Shown one piece after another: positions 42,201-57,147 of a DNA stretch of 64,000 nucleotides. This DNA is from the human T2T-CHM13v2.0 reference genome, Homo sapiens: assembly GCF_009914755.1 (NCBI RefSeq), contig NC_060934.1; one strand, written 5' to 3'. Every line of letters starts with the position of its first letter. The stretch's first letter is position 1. The translations under genes and the position numbers were made by a program. The notes under the pieces are model-generated. The model was not told the origin of the DNA and made no database searches. It was given only the letters and a program-made list of their open reading frames with translations.

Positions 42201-45200
42201 ATGGAATGGAAAGGAATCAACCCGAGTGGAATGGAATGGAATGGAATGGAATGGAATGGAATGCAATGGAATGCAATGGAATGGAATAAACACGAGTGGA
42301 ATGGAATGGAATGGAATGGAATGGAATGGAGAAGAATTCAATGGAATCAACTCGAGTGGAAATAAATGGAATGGAAATGAATGGAATGGAAAGGAAAGGA
42401 ATGGAATGCAATGGAATGCAATGGTATGGAATGGAGTCATCCCGAGGGGAATGGAATGGAATGCAATGGAAAGAAAAGGAATGGAATGGAATGCAACGGA
42501 ATGGAGTGTAATGGAATAAACACCTGTGGAATGGAATGGAATGGAATGGAATGGACAGGAATGGAATGGATTGGAATGGAATGGAGTGCAATGAAATAAA
42601 CCCGATTGGAATGGAATGGAATGGAATGGAATGGAATGGAATGGAATGGAACGGAATGGAACTGACCCGAGTAGAATGGAATGGAATGGAATGGAAAGGA
42701 AAGGAATGGAATGAAATCAACCCGAATGGAATGGATTGGAATAGAGTGGAATTGAGTGGAACGGCATGGAATGTAATGGAATCAACTAGAATGGAATGGA
42801 ATGGAATGGAATGGACAGGAATGGAATGGAATGAAATGGAATGCAATGGAGTAAAACGGACTAGAGTGGAATGGAATGGAATGAAATCAACACGATTGGA
42901 ATGTAATGGAATGCAATGGAATGGAATGGAATCAAATGGAAAGGAATCAAATGGAACGAAATGGAAAGGAATGGAATGGAATGGATTGGAATCAACCCGA
43001 GTGGAATGCAATTTAATTTAAATGGAATGGAATGGAATGGAATCAACCCGGGTGGAATGGATTGGAATGGAGTAGAACGGAATGGAACGGCATGCAATGC
43101 AATGGAATCAACTAGAATGAAATGGAATGGAATCGAACGGAATCAACCTGAGTGGAATGGAATGGAATGGAATGAATGGAATAGAATGGAATGGAATCTA
43201 ATGGAATGGAATGGAAAGGAAACAACCCGAGTGGAATGGAATGCAAAGGAATCGAATGGAATGGAATGGAATTCAATGTAATGGAAACAAACCGAGTGGA
43301 ATGTAATGGAATGGAAAGGACTGGACTGTAATGGAATGGATTGGAATCAACCCGATTCCAATGCAACGGAATGGAATGTAAAGGAATAGACAGGAAATTA
43401 ATGGAATGGAATGGAACGGAATGGAATGGAATGGAATGGACTAGAATGGAATGGAATGGAATGAAATCAACCCGATTGGAATGGAATGGAATGCAATGAA
43501 ATGGAATGGAATCAACTGGAAAGGAATGAAAGAAATGGAATGGATTGGAATGGAATGGAATGGAATGGAATGGAATGGAATCAACCCGAGTGGAATGGAA
43601 TGGAATGGAATGGAATGGAAAGGAAAGGAATGGAATGCCATGGAACGCAATGGTATGGAATGGAGTCAACCCGAGTGGAATGGAATGGAATGGAATGGAA
43701 AGAAATGGAATGGAATGGAATGCAATGGAATGGAGTGGAATGGAATAAACACCAGTGGAATGGAATGCAATGGAATGGAGTGGAATGGAATAAACACCAG
43801 TGGAATGGAATGGCATGGAATGGAATGGAATGCAATGGAATGGAATGGAATGGAATGGAATGTTATGGACAGGAATGGAATGGAATGGAATGGACTGGAA
43901 AGGAATGGAATGGAATGGAATGGAATGGAATGGAATGGAATGGAATGGAATGGAATTGACTAGAATGGAATGGAATGGAATGAAATCAACCCGATTAGAA
44001 TGGAAAGGAATGCAATGGAATGGAATGGAATCAACTGGAAAGGAATGAAATGGAATGGAATGGAATGGAATGGAATCATCCCGCGTGGAATGCAATGGAA
44101 TGGAATGGAATGGAATCAACTCGAGTGGAAAGGTTTGGAATGGAGTGTAATGGAATGGAACGGCATGAAATGCAATGGAATCAACTAGAATGGAATGGAA
44201 TGGAATGGATTGAAATGGAATCGAACGGAATCAACCTGAGTGGAATAGAATGGAATGGAATGGAATGAATGGAATGGAAACTAAAGGAATGGAATGGAAA
44301 GCAAACAACCAGAGTGGAATGGAATGCAATGGAATGCAATGGAATGGAATGGAATGGAATGAAATGGAATTCAGTGTAATGGAAACAAACAGAGTGGAAT
44401 ATAATGGAATGAAAAGGACTGGGATGTAATGGAATGGATTGGAATCAACCCGATTACAATGCAACAGAATGGAATGGAAGGGAATGGAATAGAATGGAAA
44501 GGAATGGAATGAACTGGAATGCAATGGAATTTAATGGAATGGAATGGAACGGAATGGAATCAACCCGAGTGGAGTGGTATGGAATGGAAAGGAAATGAAT
44601 GGAATGGAATGGAATGGAATGGAATGGAATGGAATGGAATGGAACGGAACGAAATGAAATGAACCCGAGTGGAATGGAATGGAATGGAATGGAATGGAAT
44701 GGAATGGAATGGAATCAACACGAGGGGAATAGAATGGAATGGAATGGAATGGAAAGGAATGGAATGGAACGGAACGAAAAGTAATGAAGCCGAGTAGAAT
44801 GGAATGGAATGGAATGGAATGAAATCAACCCGAGTAGAATGGAATGGAATGGAATGGGATAAACACGAATGGAATGGAATGGAATGGAATGGAATGGAAT
44901 GGAATGGAATGGAATGAACTCGAGTGGAATGAAATGTAACGTCATGGAATGGAATGGAATGGAATGGAATGGAATGGAATGGAAGGCATTAGAATCAACT
45001 GGAATGGAAGGGAAAGAAATGAAATGGAATGGAATGGAATGGAATGGAATGGAATGGAATTGAATCAACACCAGTGGAATGGAGTGGAATGGAATGGATT
45101 ATAATGGAATGGAAAGGAATCAATCCGGGTGGAATGGAATGGAATGGAATGGAGTGGAATGGAATGGAATGGAATGGAACGGAATGGAATGGAATCACCC

Positions 45201-46258
45201 CAATGGAAGGGAACGGAATGGAATGGAAAGGAATGGAAAGGAATGGAAAGGAATGGAATGCAATGGAATCAACCAGAATGGACTGGCATGGAATGGAATG
45301 GAATGGAATGGAATGGAATGGAATGGAATCAACTCAAGTGGAATGGAAATGAATGGAATGGAACGGAAAGGAATTTAATGGAATGGAATGGAATCAACCC
45401 ACGTGGAATGGAATGGAATGGAATGCAATGGAATCAACCCGAGTGAATGGAATGGAAATGAATGGAATGTAATGGAAAGGAATGGAATGAAATGGAGTGG
45501 AATGGAAAGGAATTGAGTGGAATGGAATGTAATGGAATCAACCCGAATGGAATGGAATGGAATGGAATGGAATGGAATGGAATGGAATGGAAAGGAATGG
45601 AATAAATACGAGTGGAATGGAATGGAATTAAATGGAATAGAATGGAATGGAATCAACTCGAGTGGAAAGTAATGTAATGGAAAGGAATGGAATGGAATGG
45701 AAAGGAATGGAATGCAATGGAATGCACGGGTATGGAATGGAGTCAATCCGAGTGGAATGGAATGGAATGGAATTGAATGCAATGGAATGGAATTGAATTC
45801 AATGGAATGGAATGGAATACAATGGAATGGATTGGAATGGAATAAACACCAGTGGAATGGAATGGAATGGAATGGAATGGAATGGAATGAAAAGGATAGG
45901 ATTGGAGTGGAATGGCACGGAACGGATAGGAATGGAATGGAATCAACATGACTGGCATGGAATGGAATGGAAAGGAATGGAATGGAATGGAATGGAATGG
46001 AATGGAATGTAATGGAATGGAATGGTATGGAATCAGCCCAAGTGGAATGGAATGGAATGCAATGGAATGGAATGGAATGGAATGGAACGGAACGAAAAGT
46101 AATGAACCCGAGTAGAATAGAATGGAATGGAATGGAATGGAATGGAATGGAATGGAATGGAATCAACCCGAGTGGAATGGAATGGAATGGAATGGAATAA
46201 ACACGAATGGAATGGAATGGAATGGAATGGAATGGAATGGAATGGAATGGAATGGAAT

Positions 46259-46368
46259 CAACTAGAGTGGAATGAAATGTAACGTCATGGAATGGAATGG
46301 AATGGAATGGAATCAACTCGAGTGGAATGAAATGTAACGTCATGGAATGGAATGGAATGGAATGGAAT
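46259..46368 (+). repeat. 55-bp tandem duplication
   Basis: CAACT(A/C)GAGTGGAATGAAATGTAACGTCATGG at 46259 and 46314. Confidence 0.88.
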
Positions 46369-49300
46369 GGAATGGAATAGAATGGAATCAATTCGAGTGC
46401 AATGTAATGGAATAAAATGGAATCAATTCTACTGCAATGTAATGGTATAGAATGGAATGGAATGGAATGGAATCAAGCAGAGTGGAATGGAATGGAAAGG
46501 AATGGAATGGAATGGAATGGAATGGAATGGAATGGAATGGCATGGAATGTAACGGCATGGAATGCAATGGAATGGAGTGGAATCAACCCGAGTGGAATGG
46601 AATGGAACGGACTGTAACGGCATGGAATGGAATGGAATGGAATGGACTGGAAACAAACCGAGTGGAATGGAATGGAATGGAAAGGAATGGAATGGAATCA
46701 ACCCGAGTGGAATGGACTGGAATGTAATGGAATGGAAACAACCAGAGTGGAAAGGAATGGAATGGAAAGCAATAGAATGGAATGGAAGGGAATGGAATGC
46801 AACGGAATGCAATGGTATGGAATGGAGTCAACACGAGTGGAATGGAATGGAATGGAATCGAATGCAATGGAATGGAATGGAATGCAATGGAATGGAGTGG
46901 AATGGAATAAACACCAGTGGAATGGAATTGAATGGAATGGAATGGAATGGACTAGAATGGAATGGAATGGAATGAAATCAACCCGATTGGAATGGAATCG
47001 AATGCAATGGAATGGAATGGAATCACCTGGATAAGAATGAAATGGAATGGAATGGAATGGCATTGAATGCAAAGGAAAGGAATGGAATGAAATCAACCCG
47101 AGTGGAATGGATTGGAATAGAGTGGAATGGAATTTAAAGGCATGGAAAGCAATGGAATCAACTAGAATGGAATGGAATGGAATGGAATGGAATGGAATGG
47201 AATGGACAGGAATGGAATTGTATGGAATGGAATAGAATGGAGTGGAATGGACTAGAATGGAATGGAATGGAATGAAATCAACCGGATTGGAATGGAATGG
47301 AATGCAACGGAATGGAATGGAATAAACTGGAAAGGAATCAAATGGAACGGAATGGAATGGAATGGAATGGAATGGAATGGAATAGAATGGAATGGAATCA
47401 ACTCGAGGGGAAAGTAATGGAATGGCAAGGAATGGAATGGAAAGGAAAGGAATAGAATGCAAAGGAATGCAATGGTATGCAATGGAATCAACCCGAGTGG
47501 AATGGAATGGAATGGAATGGAATGGAACGCAATGGATTGGAGTGGAATGGAATAAACACTAGTGGAATGGAATGGAATGGAATGGACAGGAATGGAATGG
47601 AATGGAATGGAATGGAATGGACTAGAATGGAATGGAATGGAATGAAATCAACCCGATTGGAATGGAATGGAATGCAATGGAAGGTAATGGAATCAACAGG
47701 AAACGAATGAAGTGGAGTGGAATGGAATGGAATGGAATGGAATGGAATGGAATGGAATGGAATGGAATGGAATGGAATTAACCGAGTAGAATGCTATGGA
47801 ATGGAATGAAATGGAATGGAATGAAATCAACCCTAATGGAATGGATTGGAATAGAATGGAATTGAATGGAATGGCATGGAATGCAATGGAATCATCCAGA
47901 ATGGAATGGAATGGAATGAAATGGACAGGAATGGAATGGAATGGAATGGAATGGAATCGAATGGAATGGAATGGAATGGACTGCAATGGACTAAAATGGA
48001 ATGGAATGGAATGAAATCAACCCGATTGGAATGGAATGGAATGCAATGGAATGGGATGGAATCAACTGGAAAGGAATGAAATGGAATGGAATGGAATGGA
48101 ATGGAATGGAATGGAAACAACCCGAGTGGAATGCAATTGAATGGAATGGAATGGAATGGAATGAAATCAACTCGAGTGGAATGGATTGGAATGGAGTGGA
48201 ATGGAATGGAACGGCATGGAATGCAATGGAATCAACTACAATGGAATGGAATGGAATGGATTGGAATGGAATCGAACGGAATCAACCTGAGTGGAATGGA
48301 ATGGAATGGAAAGAATGGAATGGAATGGAATGGAAACTAAAGGAATGGAATGGAAAGGAAACAACCCGAGTGGAATGGAATGCAATGGAATGCAATGGAA
48401 TGGAATGGAATGGAATGGAAAGGAAACAATCCGAGTGGAATGGAATGCAATGGAATGGAATGGAATGGAATGGAATGGAATTCTGTGTAATGGAAACAAA
48501 CCGAGTGGAATATAATGGAATGAAAATTACTGGGATGTAACGGAATGGATTCGAATCAACCCGATTACAATGCAACGGAATGGAATGGAAGGGAATGGAA
48601 TGCAATAGAAAACAATGGAATGAACTGGAATGCAATGGAATTTAATGGAATGGAATGGAACGGAATGGAATCAACCCGAGTGGAGTCGAATGGAATGGAA
48701 AGTAAATGAATGGAATGGAATGGAATGGAACGAAATGAAATGAACCCGAGTAGAATAGAATGGAATGGAATGGAATGGAATGGAATCAACCCGAGTGAAT
48801 GGAATGGAAATGAATGGAATGGAATGGAAAGGAATGGAATGAAATCAACCCGAGTGGAATGCAATGGAATGAAATGGAGTGGAATGGAAAGGAATTGAAT
48901 GGAATGGAATGTAATGGAATAAACCCGAGTGGAATGGAATGGAATGGAATGGAATGGAATGGAATGGAATAAATACGAGTGGAATCGAATGGAATGGAAT
49001 GGAATAAATACGAGTGGAATGGAATGGAATAGAATGGAATGGAAACAACTCGAGTGGAAAGGAATGTAATGGAAAGGAATGGAATGGAATGGAATGGAAT
49101 GGAATGCAATGGAATGCACGGGTATGGAATGGAGTCAATGCGAGTGGAATGGAATGGAATGGAATTGAATGCCATGGAATGGAATGGAATGTAATGGAAT
49201 GCAGTGGAATGGAATAAACACCAGTGGAATGGAATGGAATGGAATGGAATGGAATGGAATGGAATGGAATGAAAAGGACAGGAATGGAATGGAAAGGAAT

Positions 49301-52300
49301 GGAATGGAATGGCACGGAATGGATAGGAATGGAATGGAGTCAACATGACTGGCATGGAATGGAATGGAAAGGAATGGAATGGAATGGAATGGAATGGTAT
49401 GGAATCAGCCCGAGTGGAATGGAATGGAATGGAATGGAATGGAATGGAATGGAACGGAACGTAAAGTAATGAACCCGAGTAGAATGGAATGGAATGGAAT
49501 GGAATGGAATTGAATCAACCCGAGTGGAATGGAATGGAATGGAATGGAATAAACACGAATGGAATGGAATGGAATGGAATGGAATGGAATGGAATGGAAT
49601 GGAATGGAATGGAATGGAATCAACTCGAGTGGCATGAAATGTAACGTCATGGAATGGAATGGAATGGAATGGAAAGGAATGGAATGGAATGGAATAGAAT
49701 GGAATCAATTCGAGTGCAATGTAATGGAATAGAATGGAATCAATTCGACTGCAATGTAATAGTATAGAATGGAATGGAATGGAATGGAATGGAATCAACC
49801 AGAGTGGAATGTTATGGACAGGAATGGAATGGAATGGAATGGACTGGAATGGAATGGAATGGAATGGAATGGAAATGACAAGAATGGAATGGAATGGAAT
49901 GAAATAAACCCGATTGGAATGGAAAGGAATGCAATGGAATGGAATGGAATCAACTGGAAAGGAATGGAATGGAATGGAATGGAATGGAATGGAATGGAAT
50001 CAACTCGAGTGGAATGGATTGGAATGGAGTGGAATGGAATGGAACGGCATGGAATGCAATGGAATCAACTAGAATGGAATGGAATGTAATGGATTGAAAT
50101 GGAATCGAACGGAATCAACCTGAGTGGAATGGAATGAAATGGAATGGAATGGAATGGAATGGAATGGAATGGAATGGAATGGAAACTAAAGGAATGGAAT
50201 GGAAAGCAAACAACCCGAGTGGAATGGAATGCAATGGAATGCAATGGAATGGAATGGAATGGAATGGAATTCAGTGTAATGGAAACAAACCGAATGGAAT
50301 ATAATTCAATGAAAAGGACTGGGATGTAATGGAATGGATTGGAATCAACCCGATTGCAATGCAACGGAATGGAATGGAAGGGAATGGAATGGAATGGAAA
50401 GGAATGGAATGAACTGGAATGCAATGGAATTTAATGGAATGGAATGGAATGGAATGGAATCAACCCGAGTGGAGTGGAATGGAATGGGAAGGAAATGAAT
50501 GGAATGGAATGGAATGGAATGGAATGGAATGGAATGGAATGGAACCGAATGAAATGAAATGAACCCGAGTAGAATGGAATGGAATGGAATGGAATGGAAT
50601 GGAATCAACCCAAGCGGAATGGAATGGAATGGAATGGAATGGAATGGAATGGAATGGAATGGAATGCAACAGAACGAAAAGGAATGAAGGCGAGTAGAAT
50701 TGAATGTAATGGAATGGAATGGAATCAACCCGAGTGGAATGGAATGGGATGGAATGGAATAAACACGAATGGAATGGAATGGAATGGAATGGAATGGAAT
50801 GGAATGGTACGGAATGGAATGGAATCAACTCGAGTGGAATGAAATGTAACGTCATGGAATGGAATGGAATGGAATGGAATGGAATGGAATGGAATCAACC
50901 TGACTGCAATGGAATGGAATGCAATCATCCCGAGTGGAATGGAATGGAATGGAATGGAATACAATGGAATGGAATGGAATGGAATACAATGGAATGGAAT
51001 GGAAGGTAAGGCATTAGAATCATTGGAATGCAATGGAAAGAAATGAAATGGAATGGAATGGAATGGAATGGAATCAACCCCAGTGGAAAGAAGTGGAATG
51101 GAATGGATTAAAATGGAATGGAAAGGAATCAATCCGGGTGGAATGGAATGGAATGGAATGGAGTGGAATCTAATGGAATGGAATGGAATGGAATGGAATG
51201 GAATGGAATCAAACCGAATGGAATGGAATGCAATGGAATGGAAATGAATGGAAAGGAATGGAAAGGATTAGAATGGAATGGAATCAACCCGAATGGACTG
51301 GAATGGAATGGAACGGAATGGAATGGAATGGAATGGAATCAACTCAAGTGGAATGGAAATGAATGGAATGGAACGGAAAGGAATGTAATGGAATGGAATG
51401 GAATCAACCCACGTGGAATGGAATGGAATGGAATGCAATGGAATCAACCCGAGTGAATGAAATGGAAATGAATGGAATGGAATGGAAAGGAATGGAATGA
51501 AATCAACCCGACTGGAATGCAATGGAATGAAATGGAGTGGAATGGAAAGGAATTGAGTGGAATGGAATGGAATGGAATCAACCCGAGTGGAATGGAATGG
51601 AATGGAATGGAAAGGAATGGAATAAATACGAGTGGAATGGAATGGAAAGGAATGGAATAGAATGGAATGGAATCAACTGGAGTGGAAAGGAATGTAATGG
51701 AAAGGAATGGAATGGAATGGAAAGGAATGTGATGCAATGGAATGCACGGGTATGGAATGGAGTCAATCCGAGTGGAATGGAATGGAATGGAATTGAATGC
51801 AATGGAATGGAATGGAATACAATGGAATGGAGTGGAATGGAATAAACACCAGTGGAATGGAATCGAATGGAATGGAATGGAATGGAATGGAATGGAATGG
51901 AATGGAATGGAATGGTATGGAATGAAAAGGACAGGAATGGAATGGAAAGGAATGGAATGGATTGGCACGGAAAGTATAGGAATGGAATGGAAACAACATG
52001 ACCGGCATGGAATGGAATGGAAAGGAATGGAATGGAATGGAACGGAACGAAAAGTAATGAACCCGATTAAAATGGAATGGAATGGAATGGTATGGAATGG
52101 TATCAACCCGAATGGAATGGAATGGAATGGAATGGAATAAACACGAATGGAATGGAATGGAATGGAATGGAATGGAATGGAATGGAATCAACTCGAGTGG
52201 AATGAAATGTAACGTCATGGAATGGAATGGAATGGAATGGAATGGAATGGAATGGAATCGAATAGAATGGAATCAATTCGACTGCAATGTAATGGTATAG

Positions 52301-54573
52301 AATGGAATGGAATCGAATGGAATGAAATCAACCAGAGTGGAATGTTATGGACAGGAATGGAATGGAATAGAATGGACTGGAATGGAATGGAATGGAATGG
52401 AATGGAATGGAATTGACTAGAATGGAATGGAATGGAATGAAATCAACCCGATTGGAATGGAAAGGAATGCAATGGAATGGAATGGAATCAACTGGTAAGG
52501 AATCAAATGGAATGGAATGGAATGGAATGGAATGGAATGGAATCAACTGGAAAGGAATGGAATGGAATGGAATGGAATGGAATGGAATGGAATGGAATGG
52601 AATCAACTCGAGTGGAATGGATTGGAATGGAGTGGAATGGAATGGAACCGCAAGGAATGCAACGGAATCAACTAGAATGGAATGGAATGGAATGGATTGA
52701 AATGGAATCGAACGGAATCAACCTGAGTGGAATGGAATGGAATGGAATGGATGGAATTGAATGTAATGGAAACTAATGGAATGGAATGGAAATGAAACAA
52801 CCAGAGTGGAATGGAATGCAATGGAACGCAATGGAATGGAATTCAGTGTAATGGAAAAAAACCGAGTGGAATATAATGGAATGAAAAGGACTGGGATGTA
52901 ATGGAATGGATTGGAAACCACCCGATTAGAATGCAACGGAATGGAATGGAATGGAAAGGAATGGAATGAACTGGAATGCAATGGAATTTAATGGAATGGA
53001 ATGGAACGGAATGGAATCAACCCGAGTGGAGTGGAATGGAATGGAAAGGAAATGAATGCAATGGAATGGAATGGAATAGAACGGAACGAAATGAAATGAA
53101 CCCGAGTAGAATGGAATGGAATGGAATGGAATCAACCCTAGTGGAATGGAATGGAATGGAATGGAATAGAATGGAATGGAATGGAATGGAAGGAATGGAA
53201 CGGAGCGAAAAGGAATGAAGCCGAGTGGAAAGGAATGGAATGGAATGGAATGGAATGGAATGGAATGGAATGGAATTGAATCAACTAGAGTGGCATGAAA
53301 TGTAACGTCATGGAACGGAATGGAATGGAATGGAATGGAATGGAATGGAATGGAATGAACCCGACTGGAATGGAATGGAATACAATCATCCCGAGTGGAA
53401 TGGAATGGAATGGAATGGAATACAAAGCAATGGAATGGAATGGAAGGCATTAGAATCAACTGCAATGGAAGGGAAAGAAACGGAATGGAATGGAATGGAA
53501 TGGAATGGAATGGAATGGAATGGAATGGAATGGAATAAACCCCAGTGGAATTGAGTGGAATGGAATGGATTATAATGGAATGGAAAGGAATCAATCTGGG
53601 TGGAATGGAATGGAATGGAATGGAGTGGAATGGAATGGAATGGAATGGAACGGAATGGAATGGAATCAACCCGAATGGAATGGAATGGAATGGAATGTAA
53701 AGGAATGTAAAGGACTGGAAAGGAATGGAATGGAATGGAATCAAACCGAATGGACTGGAAAGGAATGGAATGGAATGGAATCAACACAAGTGAAATGGAA
53801 ATGAATGGAATGGAACGGATAGGAATGTAATGGAATGGAATGGAATCAACCCAAGTGGAATGGAATGGAATGGAATGCAATGGAGTCAACCCGAGTGAAT
53901 GGAATGGAAATGAATGGAATGGAATGGAAAGGAATGGAATGGAATCAACCCGAGTGGAATGGATTGGAATGCAGTGGAATGGAATGGAACGGCATGGAAT
54001 GCAATGGAATCAACTAGAATGGAATCAACTGGAATGGATTGGAATGGAATCGAACGGAATCAACCTGAGTGGAATGGAATGGAATGGAATGGAATGAATG
54101 GAATGGAATGGCATGGAAAAGATTGGAATGGAATTGAATGGAACGGAATGCTATGGAATGGAATGGAATCAACTGGAAAGGAATGAAATGGAATGGAATG
54201 GAATGGAATGGAATCAACCCGAGTGGAATGCAATGGAATGGAATGGAAAAAAATCAACCCGAGTGGAATGCATAGGAATAGAGTGGAATGGAAAGGAACG
54301 ACATGGATTGCAATGGAATCAACTAGAATGGAATGGAATGGAATGGAATGGAATGGAATCAGTGGAATGGACTAGAATGGAATGGAATTGAATGAAAAAA
54401 ACCCGATTGGAATAGAATGGAATGCAATGGAATTGAATGGAAGCAACTGGAAAGGAATCAAATGGAATGGAATGGAATTGAATGGAATGGAATTGAATGG
54501 AATGGAATGCAATGGAATGGAATCAACCCGAGTGGAATGCAATAGAATGGAATTGAATGGAATGGAATGGAAT

Positions 54574-57147
54574 CAACCCGAGTGGAGTCGAAAGGAATGG
54601 AAAGGAAATGAATGGAATGGAATGGAATGGAATGGAACGGAATGGAATACACCTATTGGAATGGAATGGAATGGAATGGCATGTAATAAACAGGATTGGA
54701 ATGGAATGGAATGGAATGGAATGCAAAGGAATGGAATAGAATGTAATGGAATCAAATCGAGTGGAAAGGAATGGAATGGAAAGGAATGGAATGGAAAGGA
54801 AAGAATGGAATGCAATAGAATGCAATGGTATGGAATGGAGTCAACCCGAGTGGAATGGAATGGAATGGAATGGAATGGAATGAAATGGAAAGGAATGGAA
54901 TGCAATGGAATGGATTGGAATGGAATAAACAGCAGTGTAATGGAATGGAATGGAAGGGAATGGAATGGACAGGAATGGAATGGAATGGAATGGAATGGAC
55001 TAGAATGGAATGGAATGGAATGAAATCAACCAGATTGGAATGGAATGGAATGCAATGGAATGGAATCAACCCGAGTGGAACGGAATGGAATGGAATGGAA
55101 TGGAATGGAATGGAATGGAATGGAATAAACCCGAGTGGAATGTAATGTAATGTAATGGAATGGAATGGAATGGAATGGAATGGAATAAACAAGAGTGGAA
55201 TGGAATGGAATGGATTGGAATGGAATGCAATGGACTGGAAAGGAATGGAATGGAAAGGAAAGGAATGGAATGCAATGGAATGCAATGGTATGGAATGGAG
55301 TAAACCCGAGTGGAATTGAATGCAATGTAATGTAATGGAATGGAATGGAATGGAATGCAATGGAATGGAGTGGAATGGAATATACACCAGTGGAAAGGAA
55401 TGGAATGCAATGGAATGGAATGGACAGGAATGGAATGGAATGCAAAGGATTGGAATGGAATGGAATGGAATGGAATGGAGTGCAATGAAATCAACCCGAT
55501 TGGAATGGAATGGAATGCAATGGAATGGAATGGAATCAACTGGAAAGGAATCAAATGGAAAGGAATGGAATGGAATGGAATGGAATGGAATGGAATGGAA
55601 TGGAATGGAATTAACCCCAGTGGAATGCAGTGGAACGGAATGGAATGGAATGGAATGAAATCAACCCGAATGGAATGGATTGGAATAGAGTGGAATGGAA
55701 TGGAACGGCATGGAATGTAATGGAATCAACTAGAATGGAATGGGATGGAATGGAAAGGAATGGAATGAACTGGAATGGAATGGAATGGAATGGAATGGAA
55801 TGGAATCAACCCGAGTGGAGTGGAATGGAATGGAGTGGATATAAATGGAATGGAATGCATTGGAATGGAATGGAATGGATTGGAACGGAATGGATCTGCC
55901 CAATTGGGATGGAATGGAATGGAATGGAATGGAATGGAATGGAGTGGCATGTAATAAACAGGATTGGAATGGAATGGAATGGAATGGAATGGAAAGGAAT
56001 GGAATAGAATGTAATGGAATCAACTCGAGTGGAAAGGAATGGAATGGAAAGGAATGGAATGGCAAGGAAAGAATGGAATGCAATAGAATGCAATGGTATG
56101 GAATGGAGTCAACCCGAGTGGAATAGAATAGAATGGAATGGAATGAATGGAATGGAATGGAATGCAATGGAATGGAGTGGAATGTAATAAACAGCAATGG
56201 AATGGAATGGAATGGAAGGGAATGGAATGGAATGGATTGGAATGAAATGGACTAGAATGGAATGGAATGGAATGAAATCAACCAGATTGGAATGGAATGG
56301 AATATAATGGAATGGAATGCAATCAACTGGAAAGGAATGAAATGAATGGAATGGAATGGAATGGAATGGATTGGAATGGAATGGAATCGAATGGAATGGA
56401 ATGGAATGGAATGGAATGGAATGGAATAAACCCGAGTGGAATGTAAAGGAATGGAATGCAATGGAATGCAATGGAGTGGAATCAACCAGAGTGGAATGGA
56501 ATGGAATGGAATGGAATGGAATGGAATGGAATGGAATGGAATAAACCCGCGTGGAATGTAATGGAATGGAATGGAATGGAATGAAATGGAATGGAATGGA
56601 ATGGAATGGAATAAACAAGATTAGAATGGAATGGAATGGAATGGAATGGATTGGAAAAGAATGGAATGGAAAGGAAAGGAATGGAATGCAATGGAATGCA
56701 ATGGTATGGAATGGAGTAAACCCGAGTGCAATGGAATGCAATGGAATGGAATGTAATGGAATGGACTGGAATGCAATGGCATGGAGTGGAATGGAATAAA
56801 CACCAGTGGAAAGTAATGGAATGCAATGGAATGGAATGGACAGGAATGGAATGGAATGGATTGGAATGGAATGGAATGGAATGGAATGGAATGGAATGGA
56901 GTGCAATGAAATCAACCCGATTGGAATGGAATGGAATACAATGGAATGGAATGGAATCAACTGGAAAGGAATCAAATGGAACGGAATGGAATGGAATGGA
57001 ATGGAATGGGATGGAATTACCCCGAGTGGAATGCAGTGGAATGGAATGGAATGGAATGAAATCAACCCGAATGGAATGGATTGGAATAGAGTGGAATGGA
57101 ATGGAACGGCATGAAATTTAATGCAATGGAATGGAATGGAATGGAGT
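54574..57147 (+). repeat. Diverged tandem duplication of a ~1.2-1.35 kb unit (54574-55806, 55807-57147)
   Basis: GGCATGTAATAAACAGGATTGG at 54678/55946; AAACAGCA, GGAGTAAACCCGAGT and GGAATGCAGTGG appear in the same order in both halves. Confidence 0.8.
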
